A stretch of 64,000 nucleotides of DNA. Origin: Alphaproteobacteria bacterium (lineage in GTDB: Bacteria > Pseudomonadota > Alphaproteobacteria > UBA2966). The notes under the pieces were generated by a model. It had not been told where the DNA came from. It made no database searches and worked only from the letters and a program-made list of their open reading frames with translations. This document shows, one piece after another, positions 40,264-50,985 of this stretch. The first letter of the stretch is position 1, and each line of letters opens with the position of its first letter. The position numbers and the translations under genes are program-made. The stretch covers positions 1,568,001 to 1,632,000 of the forward strand of contig OZ219856.1 of assembly GCA_964291395.2 (NCBI GenBank), given 5' to 3'.

Positions 40264-41517
40264 ATGGCGCGAAGAGAGATCGAGGGCGATTGGGTCTTTG
40301 GGTGGCCGGACCGCAAGCGGGCCGAAATCATGCCCAGCAAGGACGTCGAGGGCCGCGTCATCTTCGCCCGCTCTCCGGTGCTCGATCTGGAAGGGATGAT
40401 CACGCCGGTCGATGCCTACTACGTCATCGCCCAACTCGACATGCCGGATCCCATCCATCCCGACGACTACACCTTCTCCGTTTCCGGCGAAGTGGAGAAC
40501 CCGGCGGAGTACGTGCTGGAGGATTTGCGCAAGTTTCCCTCGCGCACCGTCCGCGCGGTGACCGAGTGCGCCGGCAACGACGGTGAGTTCTTCTCGTACA
40601 TGCAGGAAGGCAGCAACATGAAGAAGCCTTCCTTGCGCGTGAAGCAGGACGAGGAAGGCGGCTGGAACCAGATGTCCGACGATGGCGGAATTCCCGACAT
40701 CGAGGACATCCTCGAAGCCATCCCGACGACCTGTCTGGTGAGCGGAGGGGAATGGACGGGCGTACCCCTGCGCGAGGTCCTCAACCGCGCCGGTGTCAAG
40801 GACGGCGCCGTCGCCATCCGAGTCCAGGGCTGGGATACCGGCCGCCCCGATCCGGTCACCCAATACCTGTCGGTCGGCCGGACGGATTTCGAGGTGGTGG
40901 ATCCGGGGATCATCAACTACGACAAGGGCCTTCCCATCGAGAAGGCGATGGACCCGGACACGATCCTCGCCTGGGCCCACAACGGCGAGTACCTGACCCA
41001 CGTGCACGGCGCGCCGCTCCGCATGGTCGTGCCGGGATGGGCCGGGAACTGGTGGGTCAAGTGGATCGAGAAGATCGAGGTCATGGACCACATGCCCGAC
41101 TGCTATTACCAGACTCACTATTTCGTCTCGGGCGATTCACCCGACGATCCCGACAAGAAGCCCATGATGCAGCTTGGGGTGAAGACCCTGATCAAGTACC
41201 CACGCGACGACGACGGTCCCCTGCCCCGCGGCGAGCACGTCATCCGCGGCATGGCCTGGAGCGGCGAAGGCGCCGTCGTGCGGGTCGAGGTGAGCACCGA
41301 CGGGGGCGAAACCTGGAACGACGCCTACGTCGAGGACTCCCGCGACAAGTGGCTGTGGCGCCGCTGGTCCCATGTCTGGGACGCTTCGGAGGCCGGCGAG
41401 TACCGCATCATGGCGCGGGCGACCGACGAGAACGGCCGTGTCCAGCCCCAGACCGGGATGAATTTCCAGCGCAAGCATTTCGACTGGATCGTGCCGGAGG
41501 TGGTGACCGTGGAGTGA
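40264..41517 (+). CDS. Sulfite oxidase-family molybdoenzyme (copy 2), no signal peptide
   Basis: ECAGN, HGAPLRMVVPGWAGNWWVKW, VEVSTDGGETW; collinear paralogue of 4879-6129; AGGAG RBS. Confidence 0.9.
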   Translation: MARREIEGDWVFGWPDRKRAEIMPSKDVEGRVIFARSPVLDLEGMITPVDAYYVIAQLDMPDPIHPDDYTFSVSGEVENPAEYVLEDLRKFPSRTVRAVTECAGNDGEFFSYMQEGSNMKKPSLRVKQDEEGGWNQMSDDGGIPDIEDILEAIPTTCLVSGGEWTGVPLREVLNRAGVKDGAVAIRVQGWDTGRPDPVTQYLSVGRTDFEVVDPGIINYDKGLPIEKAMDPDTILAWAHNGEYLTHVHGAPLRMVVPGWAGNWWVKWIEKIEVMDHMPDCYYQTHYFVSGDSPDDPDKKPMMQLGVKTLIKYPRDDDGPLPRGEHVIRGMAWSGEGAVVRVEVSTDGGETWNDAYVEDSRDKWLWRRWSHVWDASEAGEYRIMARATDENGRVQPQTGMNFQRKHFDWIVPEVVTVE

Positions 41518-41719
41518 CGGTCACCTTCGACGGAGAGGTACGAATTTGGTCCGCGAATCGGGTTGCGCAGGCGGCGAAGATAGATAGTATGTGGTCGGTC
41601 CGATGACCGACACATGCGTTGTCGATCGCTCCCGCGGGGTTCAGGGCGGATATCCGGCCGGTTTCTTCGCCCGCGTACGACGGGTCACAACGGCAACGAA
41701 GGGGAAAGGAAGGCATAAC

Positions 41720-42969
41720 ATGCGAGACGGTTTCAAGAGTGCTCTCAATCGGCTTCAGGTGAGCCGGCGTGACTTCATGCGCGTGGCCGGCCGCTTCGGC
41801 ATGACGTCGACGCTGTTCGGCGCGGCGTCCGTGGCCACCGGCGCCATCACGCTGCCCAAGCTGGCCAGCGCGGCCGAATCCAATTATGAGAAGCGTTTCA
41901 AGAAGGAGCCGAAACACACCCTCAAATTCGGCCCCGACGGCCTCAGCGCGGAGCGTCTTCTGATCCAGCGCTCGGGCGAGTTGTTCTGGTCCCAAGACAT
42001 CGAGGAGCGTACCGACGGCGAAATCCGCATCGAGTTCATCGGCAGCGGCCAGATCTGCAACCAGCTCGATTGCATCAAGAAGTGCCAGCAGGGAATCATC
42101 GACATCTACTCGTCGTCGACCCAGAACGCCGCCGGCTCGGCTCCCTACCTCAACGTTCTCGACTACGCCTACGTGTTCCCGACCCGGGCGTCCCAGTACT
42201 ACTTCTTCTATCACCCGAAGAGCGAGGCAACTGCTTCGCGAGCCCATGCGCCGCATTCACGGCATCGTGTGCCTGCACACCCATGCCGAGCTGCGCAACA
42301 TGATGATGGGCCTGAAGTACAACGACTCCAAGGATCTCACCAAGATCGAGGACCTCTTCGGCACCAAGAACAGGGTGACGGGCACGCAGTTGGGCCGCAT
42401 CGCCATGCAGCTCATGAACCTCAACCCGGTTCCCATCGCCTGGGAGGAGACGCTCGACGGCCTCAAGCAGGGCTTGGTGGACGGCGCCGAGACGTGGTCG
42501 TCGGCTTCGGCGTTCGCCAACATGGGTCCGGTGGTCGCGCAGGACGTGGGACTGGAGTTCTTCTCGGGCAACCACCTCTCGGGGATGCGGATTCAGACGT
42601 ACGAGTCGCTGTCGCCGGAACTGCAGGATGCCGTGATGGAATCCGCCTACACCTCGCAGGTCATGGTCCAGCACGCCAACGAGGCATCGTTGATCAACGT
42701 GGTCGGCGCCTCGTCGCCGCAGCACCCCAACACGCACTATTCGCAGCACAACGTGCGTTTCGTGCCGTTCTCGGCCGAGGAGAAGAAGAAGTGCCAGGAG
42801 CTGTGCTCGCCGGAATTCGTGCCGGAGCCGTGGGAGAAGTGGCGCAATCGGATCAACAAATGGGCGAAGGGCCTGGATACCTACACGGAGGTCTTCAATA
42901 TCGCCCGCGAGATCCCGGAAACGATGCTGGCGGAGCACGTCGAGCCCCGGCGTTGGTGGAAGAAGCTAG
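41720..42969 (+). CDS. dctP: TRAP transporter substrate-binding protein with Tat signal; frameshifted near 42227, 3' end uncertain
   Basis: SRRDFMR twin-arginine, IEERTDGEIRIE, PIAWEETLDGLKQGLVDGAE; two frames joined by removing one G in gaggca. Confidence 0.82.
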
Positions 42970-42985
42970 TCCGTTCGATTAAGGT

Positions 42986-43005
42986 GCGGGGGCCGTCGCC
43001 CCCGC
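42986..43005 (+). terminator. GC stem-loop after dctP (terminator or mRNA-stabilising hairpin)
   Basis: gcggggg-ccgtcg-cccccgc. Confidence 0.45.
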
Positions 43006-43069
43006 GCCTTCATTTCCCATCAGGATTCTACGGCGGGTCGGCAAGGCTCCGCCTAACCATCTGGAGTTG

Positions 43070-43604
43070 ATGATGGCCCCGTTGCTTGCGGCGCTGCGCT
43101 GGATCGACCAGAACCTGGAGAAGTGGATTATCCTCGCGGCCTACATGACCATGGGCGGGATAATCTTCGTCGAGGTTATCCGCCGCTTCGCGTTCTCGCT
43201 TCAGGCGCCCTGGAGCACCTCCGTTCCCGTATACCTCTTTCTCTGGGTGACGTGGCTCGGCTGCGCCTACAACGTCAAGATCCGCACCCACCTGAGCTTC
43301 GACGAGCTGCGGCTCAGGATGCCCTACAATGCCCAGTTCCTCTGCCTGATCCTCGACGCGGTCTGCTGGATCGTGTTCTCGCTGATCGTGGTCTACTTCA
43401 CGATCGAACAGGTCCAGGTCGTGCACATGAACTTCGCCATCGTGCAGGGCACCGACGACATCATGCAGTGGTGGTTCTACATCCATCACCCCGATCGCCT
43501 GGGCGCTGATCATCTACCGTTCCCTGGAGAACCTCTGGCAGGACTACCAGCAGTTCCAGCGCAAGGAGCCCTTCCAGATCGTCCACTCCATACTGGGCGA
43601 CTGA
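43070..43604 (+). CDS. dctQ: TRAP transporter small permease; frameshifted near 43484
   Basis: EVIRRF..APWS..YLFLWVTWLG..HL; removing one C restores a C-terminal helix and a stop at 43604 before the dctM RBS. Confidence 0.82.
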
Positions 43605-43618
43605 GGGAGGACGACGTC

Positions 43619-44955
43619 ATGGATGCACTGCTCGTCACCCTCGTCAGCGCTGGTATCATGGTGCTGTTCGTACTGGGCGTACCCATCATTCTGATCATCG
43701 GCCTGTGGACCGCCGGCGTCAGCCTCGTCATCGACTTCACGCTCTCGAACATCGGCGTCACGCTGTTCGAGGGGGTGAACTTCTACGGCCTGCTCGCCCT
43801 GCCCCTGTTCATCCTGACCGGCGACTTCATCAACGCCTCCGGCATCGCCAAGAAGCTGACCGACTTCGCCTACTCGGCGCTCGGCTGGCTGCGCGGCAGC
43901 CTGGCGATGGCCACGATCGGTGCCTGCGGCCTGTTCGCCGCCATCTCGGGGTCCAACTCGGCCACCACGGCGGCGATCGGCTCGATCATGTACCCCGAGC
44001 TCAAGAAGGGCGGCTACGACGAGAATTTCGCCGCGGCAACCTCGGCCGCGGGCGGTACCGTGGGCATCATCATCCCGCCCAGCATCGTGTTCATCATCTA
44101 CGGCTTCCTGATGCACCTGTCGATCAGCGACCTGTTCATCGGCGGCCTGCTGCCGGGCGTCCTGATGGTCATGGCGATGATGGTCGCGTGCTGGGGCGTC
44201 TGCACCTTCAAGAAGTGGGGCCAGCTCATCGAGTTCGACATCAGGCGCATCGCGCGCGATACCGTGGGCGCCTACCTCGGCTTCATCGCCATCTTCATCA
44301 TCATCTTCGGCATCTACTCGGGGACCTTCTCGCCGACCGAGGCCGCGGGGATCACCGCGGGCTACTGTCTGTTCTCCGGCCTCTTCATCACGCGGCAGAT
44401 GAAGTGGAAGAACCTGCCCGCCGTGATCATGCGGTCGGGACAGATCACCGGCCTGCTGGCGCCGTTGATCGCCATCTCGATCGTCATGCAGCAGGTGCTC
44501 TCGTTGCTGGGCGCGCGGGATTTCGTGTCCGAGATGATCAGCGGATTGGGCGGCTACTACCCGGTCCTGTTCGCCTGCATGTTCTTCGTGCTGGCGGCGG
44601 GGACCTTCCTGGAGAGCGTCCCCAACACGATCATCCTGGCCCCCATCCTGGCGCCGATCGCGGCGGGGATCGGGGTCGACCCGATCCACTTCGCGGTCAT
44701 ATTCCTGGTCGGCGACGCGATCGGCTTCATCACGCCGCCTTACGGGCTCAACCTGTACGTGGCAAGCGGTATCACCGGCATCCCGTACTTCCGATTATTG
44801 AAGTTCGTGATGCCGTACCTGCTTGCCCTGCTCATAGCGTGGATGTTCATCGCCTGATCCCCGAGCTCTCCACCTATCTCGTGGAACTGGGCGTCCAAGG
44901 CGCCGGGGTCAGGGGTACGGGCGGGGGCGAGGCGGGCTCGTTCGGCCAGCAGTGA
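43619..44955 (+). CDS. dctM: TRAP transporter large permease; frameshifted near 44854
   Basis: LLALPLFIL, AISGS, GIIIPPSI, FSPTEAA, ITPPYGLNLYV; tail LIPELSTYL continues in another frame. Confidence 0.9.
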
Positions 44956-45089
44956 CCATGGGTTGACCGCTCGACCGGAGGCCGGCGGGGTGCGTGCGCC
45001 CCGCCGGATCCATCCCGCACCGCGCGGATTCGCGCTCGCAAACGTCGTCCAGATGCGCTAAATCACGTGTCAGGAAATGGAGGGTTCCG

Positions 45090-46325
45090 ATGGCTCGAAA
45101 CGCGAAGCAATGGAACGCGCATCCCGATCCCAGCCGGATCGAGTGGGCGGACAGCCGAATCTACAGCGACGAGGAGATCTTCGAGGAAGAGCTGGAGAAG
45201 ATCTGGAAAAAGGTCTGGATTCCGGTCTGCCACGAATCCGAACTTCCGGAACCTTACGACTTCCGGACCATGTCGATCGCGCGGGAGCCGGTAATCGTCT
45301 GCCGCGACGCGGACGACAAGATCCGGGCCTTCCTCAACGTCTGCCCGCACCGGGCCAACCTGATCGAGCGCCGGCCCTCCGGCAGCTTCAAGGAAGGCAC
45401 GCCGTCCGGCAACCCGAAGAACATGACCTGCATGTTCCATGCCTGGCAGTTCGACATGAAGGGCCGCTGCGTGCACATCTCCCGCGGCGAGGAAGGCTAT
45501 CAGGACCGGCTGTCGCCCAAGGACGTGGGCCTGCGCCGCCTACGCTGCGAAGTGGCCTTCGGCGGGATGGTCTGGGTGACGCTCCACGATCACATCGAGC
45601 AGAGCGTTCAAGAGTGGGTGGGCAGCGCGCTCGACTGCATTCTCGAGCCCATCGAGGCCGAGCCCCTGGAGATCTTCCACTACCACAAGTCGGTCATCCC
45701 CTCGAACTACAAACTGTGGCACGACACGAACAGCGAGTTCTATCACGACTTCGTCCACTACCATAACCGCGTCACGGGCTTCAACGACGCCTATTTCGCC
45801 CGCAAGAACATGACCTTCGACAACGGTCACGTCGTCGTCGGCTCCTTCGAGGTGCAGTACGACCAGTACGAGGGGTTCGAGTCCCGTGAAGCGCTCAGCT
45901 TCCCGACCCTGCCGCCGAACAACTGGTACATGATCGATATCTTCCCGGGCATCAACTACAACCTCCGCGGCTCGGCCCTGCGCGTCGATCTGATGACGCC
46001 GTTGTCCGCCAACGAGGTCATGATCGAGTTCCGCGGCCTCGGTCTCAAGAAGGACACGGAAGAAGAGCGCCTTACGCGCGTCCGGCACCACAACACCATC
46101 TGGGGTCCGATGGGCCGGAACCTGCACGAGGACCTCCTCAGCATTACGGGTCAGGGCGTGACCATGCGTCCGGGGACGGAGCCCCGGCACATTTTGCACG
46201 GGCGTCACGAGAACGAGACGATCCACGACGAAGTCGGGATGCGCCACTACTACGACGAATGGTCCCGCTGGATGGGCAGGCCCTTGCACAATCCGACCAA
46301 CCGTCCCGCCGTGGCGGCCGAGTAG
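45090..46325 (+). CDS. msmA: Methanesulfonate monooxygenase hydroxylase alpha subunit
   Basis: Rieske motif CPH-X26-CMFH (26-residue spacer counted; known MsmA signature), NYKLWHDTNSEFYHDFVH. Confidence 0.87.
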   Translation: MARNAKQWNAHPDPSRIEWADSRIYSDEEIFEEELEKIWKKVWIPVCHESELPEPYDFRTMSIAREPVIVCRDADDKIRAFLNVCPHRANLIERRPSGSFKEGTPSGNPKNMTCMFHAWQFDMKGRCVHISRGEEGYQDRLSPKDVGLRRLRCEVAFGGMVWVTLHDHIEQSVQEWVGSALDCILEPIEAEPLEIFHYHKSVIPSNYKLWHDTNSEFYHDFVHYHNRVTGFNDAYFARKNMTFDNGHVVVGSFEVQYDQYEGFESREALSFPTLPPNNWYMIDIFPGINYNLRGSALRVDLMTPLSANEVMIEFRGLGLKKDTEEERLTRVRHHNTIWGPMGRNLHEDLLSITGQGVTMRPGTEPRHILHGRHENETIHDEVGMRHYYDEWSRWMGRPLHNPTNRPAVAAE

Positions 46326-46340
46326 CCGCGTATCCCGCCG

Positions 46341-46841
46341 ATGGCCATGGCAAAGCGCAGCGCCGCCGTCGAGGCGGTGAAGGACACCGTCTACCGCACC
46401 TGCCTGCTGCAGGATGACGAGCGTTGGTCGGATTGGCTCGAACTCTGCGACGAGGAGTTCCACTACAAGATCACGGCCTACAGCCCCGAGATCCGCAGGG
46501 ACGTGCTCTATCTCGACGGGGACCGAGGGCAGATCGCGCAGATGTGCGAGCTGTTGCCCAAGCACAATACCGACCACTCGCCGCTCAAGCGTCACGCGGT
46601 CGTCTATACGGTCGACATCGACGACGACGGCGGATCGGCCAAGGCCGTGACGTCGTTCGTGATCTATCAGAACATGCTCGACGGCGTAAATTCGCACATC
46701 GACGCCGGCGAGAATCACCTGTTCGCGGTCGGGCGTTACCTCGACAGTTTCGCGATCAGGGATGACGAGGCCCGATTCGTCGCCCGCGAGGTTCGCCTCG
46801 AGACGCGGCGCCTCGACAAGGGAACCCACTGGCCTCTCTAG
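46341..46841 (+). CDS. msmB: Methanesulfonate monooxygenase hydroxylase beta subunit
   Basis: NTF2-like beta subunit (YKITAYSPEIR, LPKHNTD, V.LETRRL) directly after msmA. Confidence 0.82.
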   Translation: MAMAKRSAAVEAVKDTVYRTCLLQDDERWSDWLELCDEEFHYKITAYSPEIRRDVLYLDGDRGQIAQMCELLPKHNTDHSPLKRHAVVYTVDIDDDGGSAKAVTSFVIYQNMLDGVNSHIDAGENHLFAVGRYLDSFAIRDDEARFVAREVRLETRRLDKGTHWPL

Positions 46842-46868
46842 CGCCCTCCCCTCCCTGGAGCCATCGCC

Positions 46869-47243
46869 ATGACATGGAAACGGGTCTGCGCGACCGGTGA
46901 CGTCGCCGAGAACGGTCTCAAGCTGTTCGACGTCGACGGCATCTCCATCCTCATCGTCAACCACGGCGGCGACTTCAAGGCGATTCCTCCGCTCTGCCCG
47001 CACATGGAGGAACCGCTCGCACAGTCGGGCATCTGCGACGGCAAGGTCCTCACCTGCACCAAGCATCTGTGGCAGTGGGACCTTGCGACCAACGAACCCC
47101 AGGCGGAGACGGAAAAGCCCCTGCTGATGTACGACCTCAGAGTCGCGGTCGACGACATCGAGGTCTTCGTGGAACAAGAACTCGAATACGAGTTCGACGA
47201 GGACGACGATTACGACGACGACGACTCGTTCTGGGATGACTGA
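46869..47243 (+). CDS. msmC: Rieske ferredoxin with acidic tail
   Basis: CPH-X17-CTKH; position after msmAB. Confidence 0.82.
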   Translation: MTWKRVCATGDVAENGLKLFDVDGISILIVNHGGDFKAIPPLCPHMEEPLAQSGICDGKVLTCTKHLWQWDLATNEPQAETEKPLLMYDLRVAVDDIEVFVEQELEYEFDEDDDYDDDDSFWDD

Positions 47244-47436
47244 GGCCTCTGATCGGGAGCAAAGGGCGCGTTCCGTTCCGTGGCCTCCCTCCCGTTCTCC
47301 CAATTCGTAAAAATTTACTGAATTGGTGACCTCATGTTGGCGCACGCTACATGGTTGGTATAACATAATAAAGGCGCGGGCCAGCGGCGCGGGCAACGCC
47401 GACCGCCGCCAACGAGACCACGACAGGGGAGAGGCC

Positions 47437-49551
47437 ATGTGGAACGTTCTTGAACCCGGCACGGCCGGGCCGCTGTCCCGGCGGGAAACCGTCTCGAAAC
47501 CGGTTCGCGGCTCCCTGGTCCTGGCGGCGAGCGCCCTCGCCCTCACCGGACTCCTGCAGGCGCCTCCCGCGCAGGCGGTCGAGTTCGGCATCGGCGAGCT
47601 AAGGGGGAGCCTGGATACCACCATCTCGCACGGCGCGACCATCCGCGTCGGCAGGCGCAGCGACATTCTGGCGGCCGGCGCCAACGACAACGACGGCAAC
47701 CTCAACTACGACCGCGGCGTCGTCAGCAACACCTCCAAGTTCACCAGCGATCTCGACCTCGAGATAGGCAACTTCGGCGCCTTCGCCCGCGTCACCGGGT
47801 TCTTCGACTTCGAGAACGAGAACAACGAGCGGGAGCGCACCCCGTTGAGCGACGAGGCGATGGATCGGGTGGGGAAAGACATCGACGTGCTCGACCTTTA
47901 CGCCACCGGCGCGTTCGAGGTCGGCGGCGCGGCGCTCGATCTGCGGCTCGGCAGACACGTGCTCAACTGGGGCGAGAGCACCTTCATCCAGAACGGCATA
48001 AACGCCATCAACCCGTTCGACGTGAGCAGGCTGCGCACGCCGGGCTCGGAACTGCGCGAAGCGCTGCTGCCGGTCTCGATGTTCTCGGCCTCGGTGGCGC
48101 CGACCGACACTCTGTCGGTGGAAGGCTTCTATCAGCTCGCCTGGGAGGAGACCGAGATCGACCCGGTCGGCAGCTTCTTCTCGGTCACCGACTATGTCGG
48201 CCCTGGCGCGACGAGGGCGGTGATTCCGTTATCCGACGGCGTGAACGACGAGGGATGGATTTGGGCCTCACGCCGGCTATCAATGCCGACCTCGCCGGTT
48301 TCGGCGTCAACGTCCCGGGGGGCGGGCTCGTCCCCATGCCGCAACCGCTTCAGCCGGACTTCGATGCCGGCTTCCTGAACGTGATACGCGCCTCGGACCG
48401 GGACCCCGGCGACTCGGGCCAGTGGGGAGTGGCGCTTCGTCACTTCGCCGAGGACCTGAACGCCACCGAGTTCGGCTTCTATTTCATCAATTACCATAGC
48501 CGCCTGCCGATCGTCAGCGCACGCACCGGCAGCCTGCGGAACGCAAGGTGCCGGTCTATTCGCGGCCCAGGCCGTGAGTGCGCGGATTCCCGCCACCGTC
48601 GGGGCGGTGACCCAGGCAGTGACAGGAGCGGTTACTCCGGCGGTGACCGCAGCGGTAACCCAGAGTGTCACAGCGACGCCTCCAGGAATCGCGGCGATCC
48701 CGCCGCCGCCCAGGGCACATCGCACGCGGAAGTGCGTCGGCCAGGTAACCGAGCAGGTGGCCACTCGGGTGTCCGCACAAGTTGAGGGCCGCCGGGCCTC
48801 GCGGTCGACCGCTACGCGAAGACGGGCACTACTTCATCGAGTATCCCGAGGACATCCAGCTTTTCGGCCTGAGCTTCAACACCCTGCTCGGGGCCTCGGG
48901 CTGGGCGTTGCAGGGCGAGTACTCCTTCCGCCCCGATACGCAGCTGCAGAGAGCCGAACGACGCCCTGTTCGCGGACGGCCTCGCACCCATAAGGACGGC
49001 CTTGTCACTCGCCAGCAGCGATCCGGCAGCCCTCGGTAACGTCCTCTCCACCTACGCGCCATCACAGGGTTCAGGGCTACGTCGAGCGCGACGTGAGTCA
49101 GGCGCAGGCCACCGCCACGAAGGTGTTCGGCCCCACGTTCGGCGCCGACGGCATGGCGTTCGTGACGGAAGTCGCCCTGATGCACGTGCACGGCATGCCA
49201 GACAAGAATGCGACGCCCCTGGAGAGCCCGGCCGGAGGCAGACTTGAGGACACCGAGGCGGACGCCGACGCCACCTCCTGGGGCTACCGGCTGGCGGCAC
49301 GGCTCGACTACAACAACGCGATCGGGGCGGCGAACCTGTTCCCGTATCTCCAGTTCGGACACGACGTGGGCGGCAACAGCCCCGCGCCGATCGGCTCGTT
49401 CGTGGAGGGCCGGACCGCGTTGACCCTCGGACTGCGCGCCGATTATCTCAACCGCTGGGAGGCCGGCATCGGCTATACGCGGTACGGGGGCAAGGGCACC
49501 GAGCGGAGCGACCGCGACTTCGTCTCCGCCTCCGTCAGGTACTCGTTCTGA
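47437..49551 (+). CDS. DUF1302-family outer-membrane protein (AupA-like); multiple frameshifts between 48255 and 49075
   Basis: Signal peptide, NDNDGNLNY, WGESTFIQNGIN.INPFD, YFIEYPEDI.LFGLSFN, DRDFVSASVRYSF terminal Phe. Confidence 0.85.
48604..48675 (+). repeat. Six degenerate 12-bp tandem units encoding AVTx
   Basis: gcggtgacccag/gcagtgacagga/gcggttactccg/gcggtgaccgca/gcggtaacccag/agtgtcacagcg. Confidence 0.8.
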
Positions 49552-49563
49552 GGTTTCGAGGTC

Positions 49564-50943
49564 ATGAACGTCATGAATCCCGTGAAAGCAACCACCCTTC
49601 GATCCGGCGTCGCATTCGCCCTCGGCTGCGCCGTCGCCTTCCCCGCCGCGGCCGAGATCGGCGCCGACGAGATCGCGCGGCTCGGCCGCGACCTGACCCC
49701 GCTCGGAGGAGAGCGGGCGGGCAACGCCGACGGGACCATCCCCGAATGGACCGGCGGCATCACCGAGCCGCCGCCCGGCTATGTCCTCGGCGAGCATCAC
49801 CGCGATCCCTATGCCGGTGACCGGCCGCTCTTCGTCATCAACGCGGCCAACCTCGACGAGCATCGCGACCGGCTCTCGGTCGGGCACCAGCGCATGCTGG
49901 AGACCTATCCGACCTTCGAAATGCCGGTCTATCCGACCCGGCGCAGCGCCTCCGCCCCCCAACGGATCTACGACGCCACCCGGAGAATCGCCGCCACCGC
50001 GAAGCTCGTGGACGACGGCAACGGCGTCGGCGGCGCGGCGGTCGGCATCCCGTTCCCGATCCCGGGCAACGGCCTGGAGGTGATCTGGAACCATCTGCTG
50101 CGCTACCGGGGAGAGGCGGTGGAATGCGTCATCGGCCAGGCCGCGGTGACCCGCGGCGGCGCCTACACCATGGTCAAGTACGGCCTCGAGATCGAGCTGC
50201 GCTACTCGCTGCCGGACATGACCCCGGAACGGCTCGGCAACACGATGATCCTGTTCAAGCAGAAGGTGCTGGCTCCGGCGCGCCTCGCAGGCGACCTCCT
50301 GCTGGTGCACGAGACCATGAACCAGGTCCGCGAACCCCGCAACGCCTGGGTCTACAATCCCGGCCAGCGCCGGGTGCGGCGCGCTCCGAACGTCGCCTAT
50401 GACAACCCGGGCACCACGTCGGACGGGCTTCGCACCGCCGATCAGTTCGACATGTTCAACGGCGCGGTCGACCGCTACGACTGGCGGATCGTCGGCAAGC
50501 GCGAGATGTACGTGCCTTACAACTCCTACAAGCTCCACAGCGGCGATCTCGCCTTCGCCGACATCCTCACCCCCCTGCACGTCAATCCGGAGCATCTGCG
50601 CTACGAACTGCACCGGGTCTGGGTGGTGGAGGCGACGCTCAAGGAGGGCGCGCGTCACATCTACAAGCGGCGCACCCTGTACGTGGACGAGGATGCCTGG
50701 CAGATCCTGCTCGCGGACATCTACGACAACCGCGATCAGCTCTGGCGGGTGTCGGAAGGCCACGTCATCAACTACTACGAGAAGCCGCTGATCTGGCCGA
50801 CCCTCGAGGTGCATGTCGATCTCCAGGCGGGACGCTATCTCGCCCTCGGGCTCGACAACGAGTTTCCGATGTGCACCTACGATGCCGATTTCACCCCGAG
50901 GGACTTCACGCCGGCCGCCCTGCGCCGCGAGGGCCGGCGATGA
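49564..50943 (+). CDS. DUF1329-family protein (AupB-like)
   Basis: LTPLGGERAGNADGTIPEWTGG, YPTRRS, YNPGQRRVRRAP, RYELHRVWVVEA. Confidence 0.92.
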   Translation: MNVMNPVKATTLRSGVAFALGCAVAFPAAAEIGADEIARLGRDLTPLGGERAGNADGTIPEWTGGITEPPPGYVLGEHHRDPYAGDRPLFVINAANLDEHRDRLSVGHQRMLETYPTFEMPVYPTRRSASAPQRIYDATRRIAATAKLVDDGNGVGGAAVGIPFPIPGNGLEVIWNHLLRYRGEAVECVIGQAAVTRGGAYTMVKYGLEIELRYSLPDMTPERLGNTMILFKQKVLAPARLAGDLLLVHETMNQVREPRNAWVYNPGQRRVRRAPNVAYDNPGTTSDGLRTADQFDMFNGAVDRYDWRIVGKREMYVPYNSYKLHSGDLAFADILTPLHVNPEHLRYELHRVWVVEATLKEGARHIYKRRTLYVDEDAWQILLADIYDNRDQLWRVSEGHVINYYEKPLIWPTLEVHVDLQAGRYLALGLDNEFPMCTYDADFTPRDFTPAALRREGRR

Positions 50944-50985
50944 TCCCGGCGCCGGCCGGCTGAAACCGGGATATTCGCATGTCTC

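Noticed and set aside
43067-44857. Apparent DctQ-DctM fusion (596 aa)
   Set aside because: The linker is out-of-frame sequence caused by a +1 indel; dctM has its own GGAGG RBS and ATG at 43619
44855-44857. Early TGA in dctM as possible selenocysteine
   Set aside because: The natural C-terminus continues in a different frame, so this is a frameshift and not readthrough
45540-47705. 721-aa minus-strand ORF
   Set aside because: Antisense to msmABC; a shadow ORF
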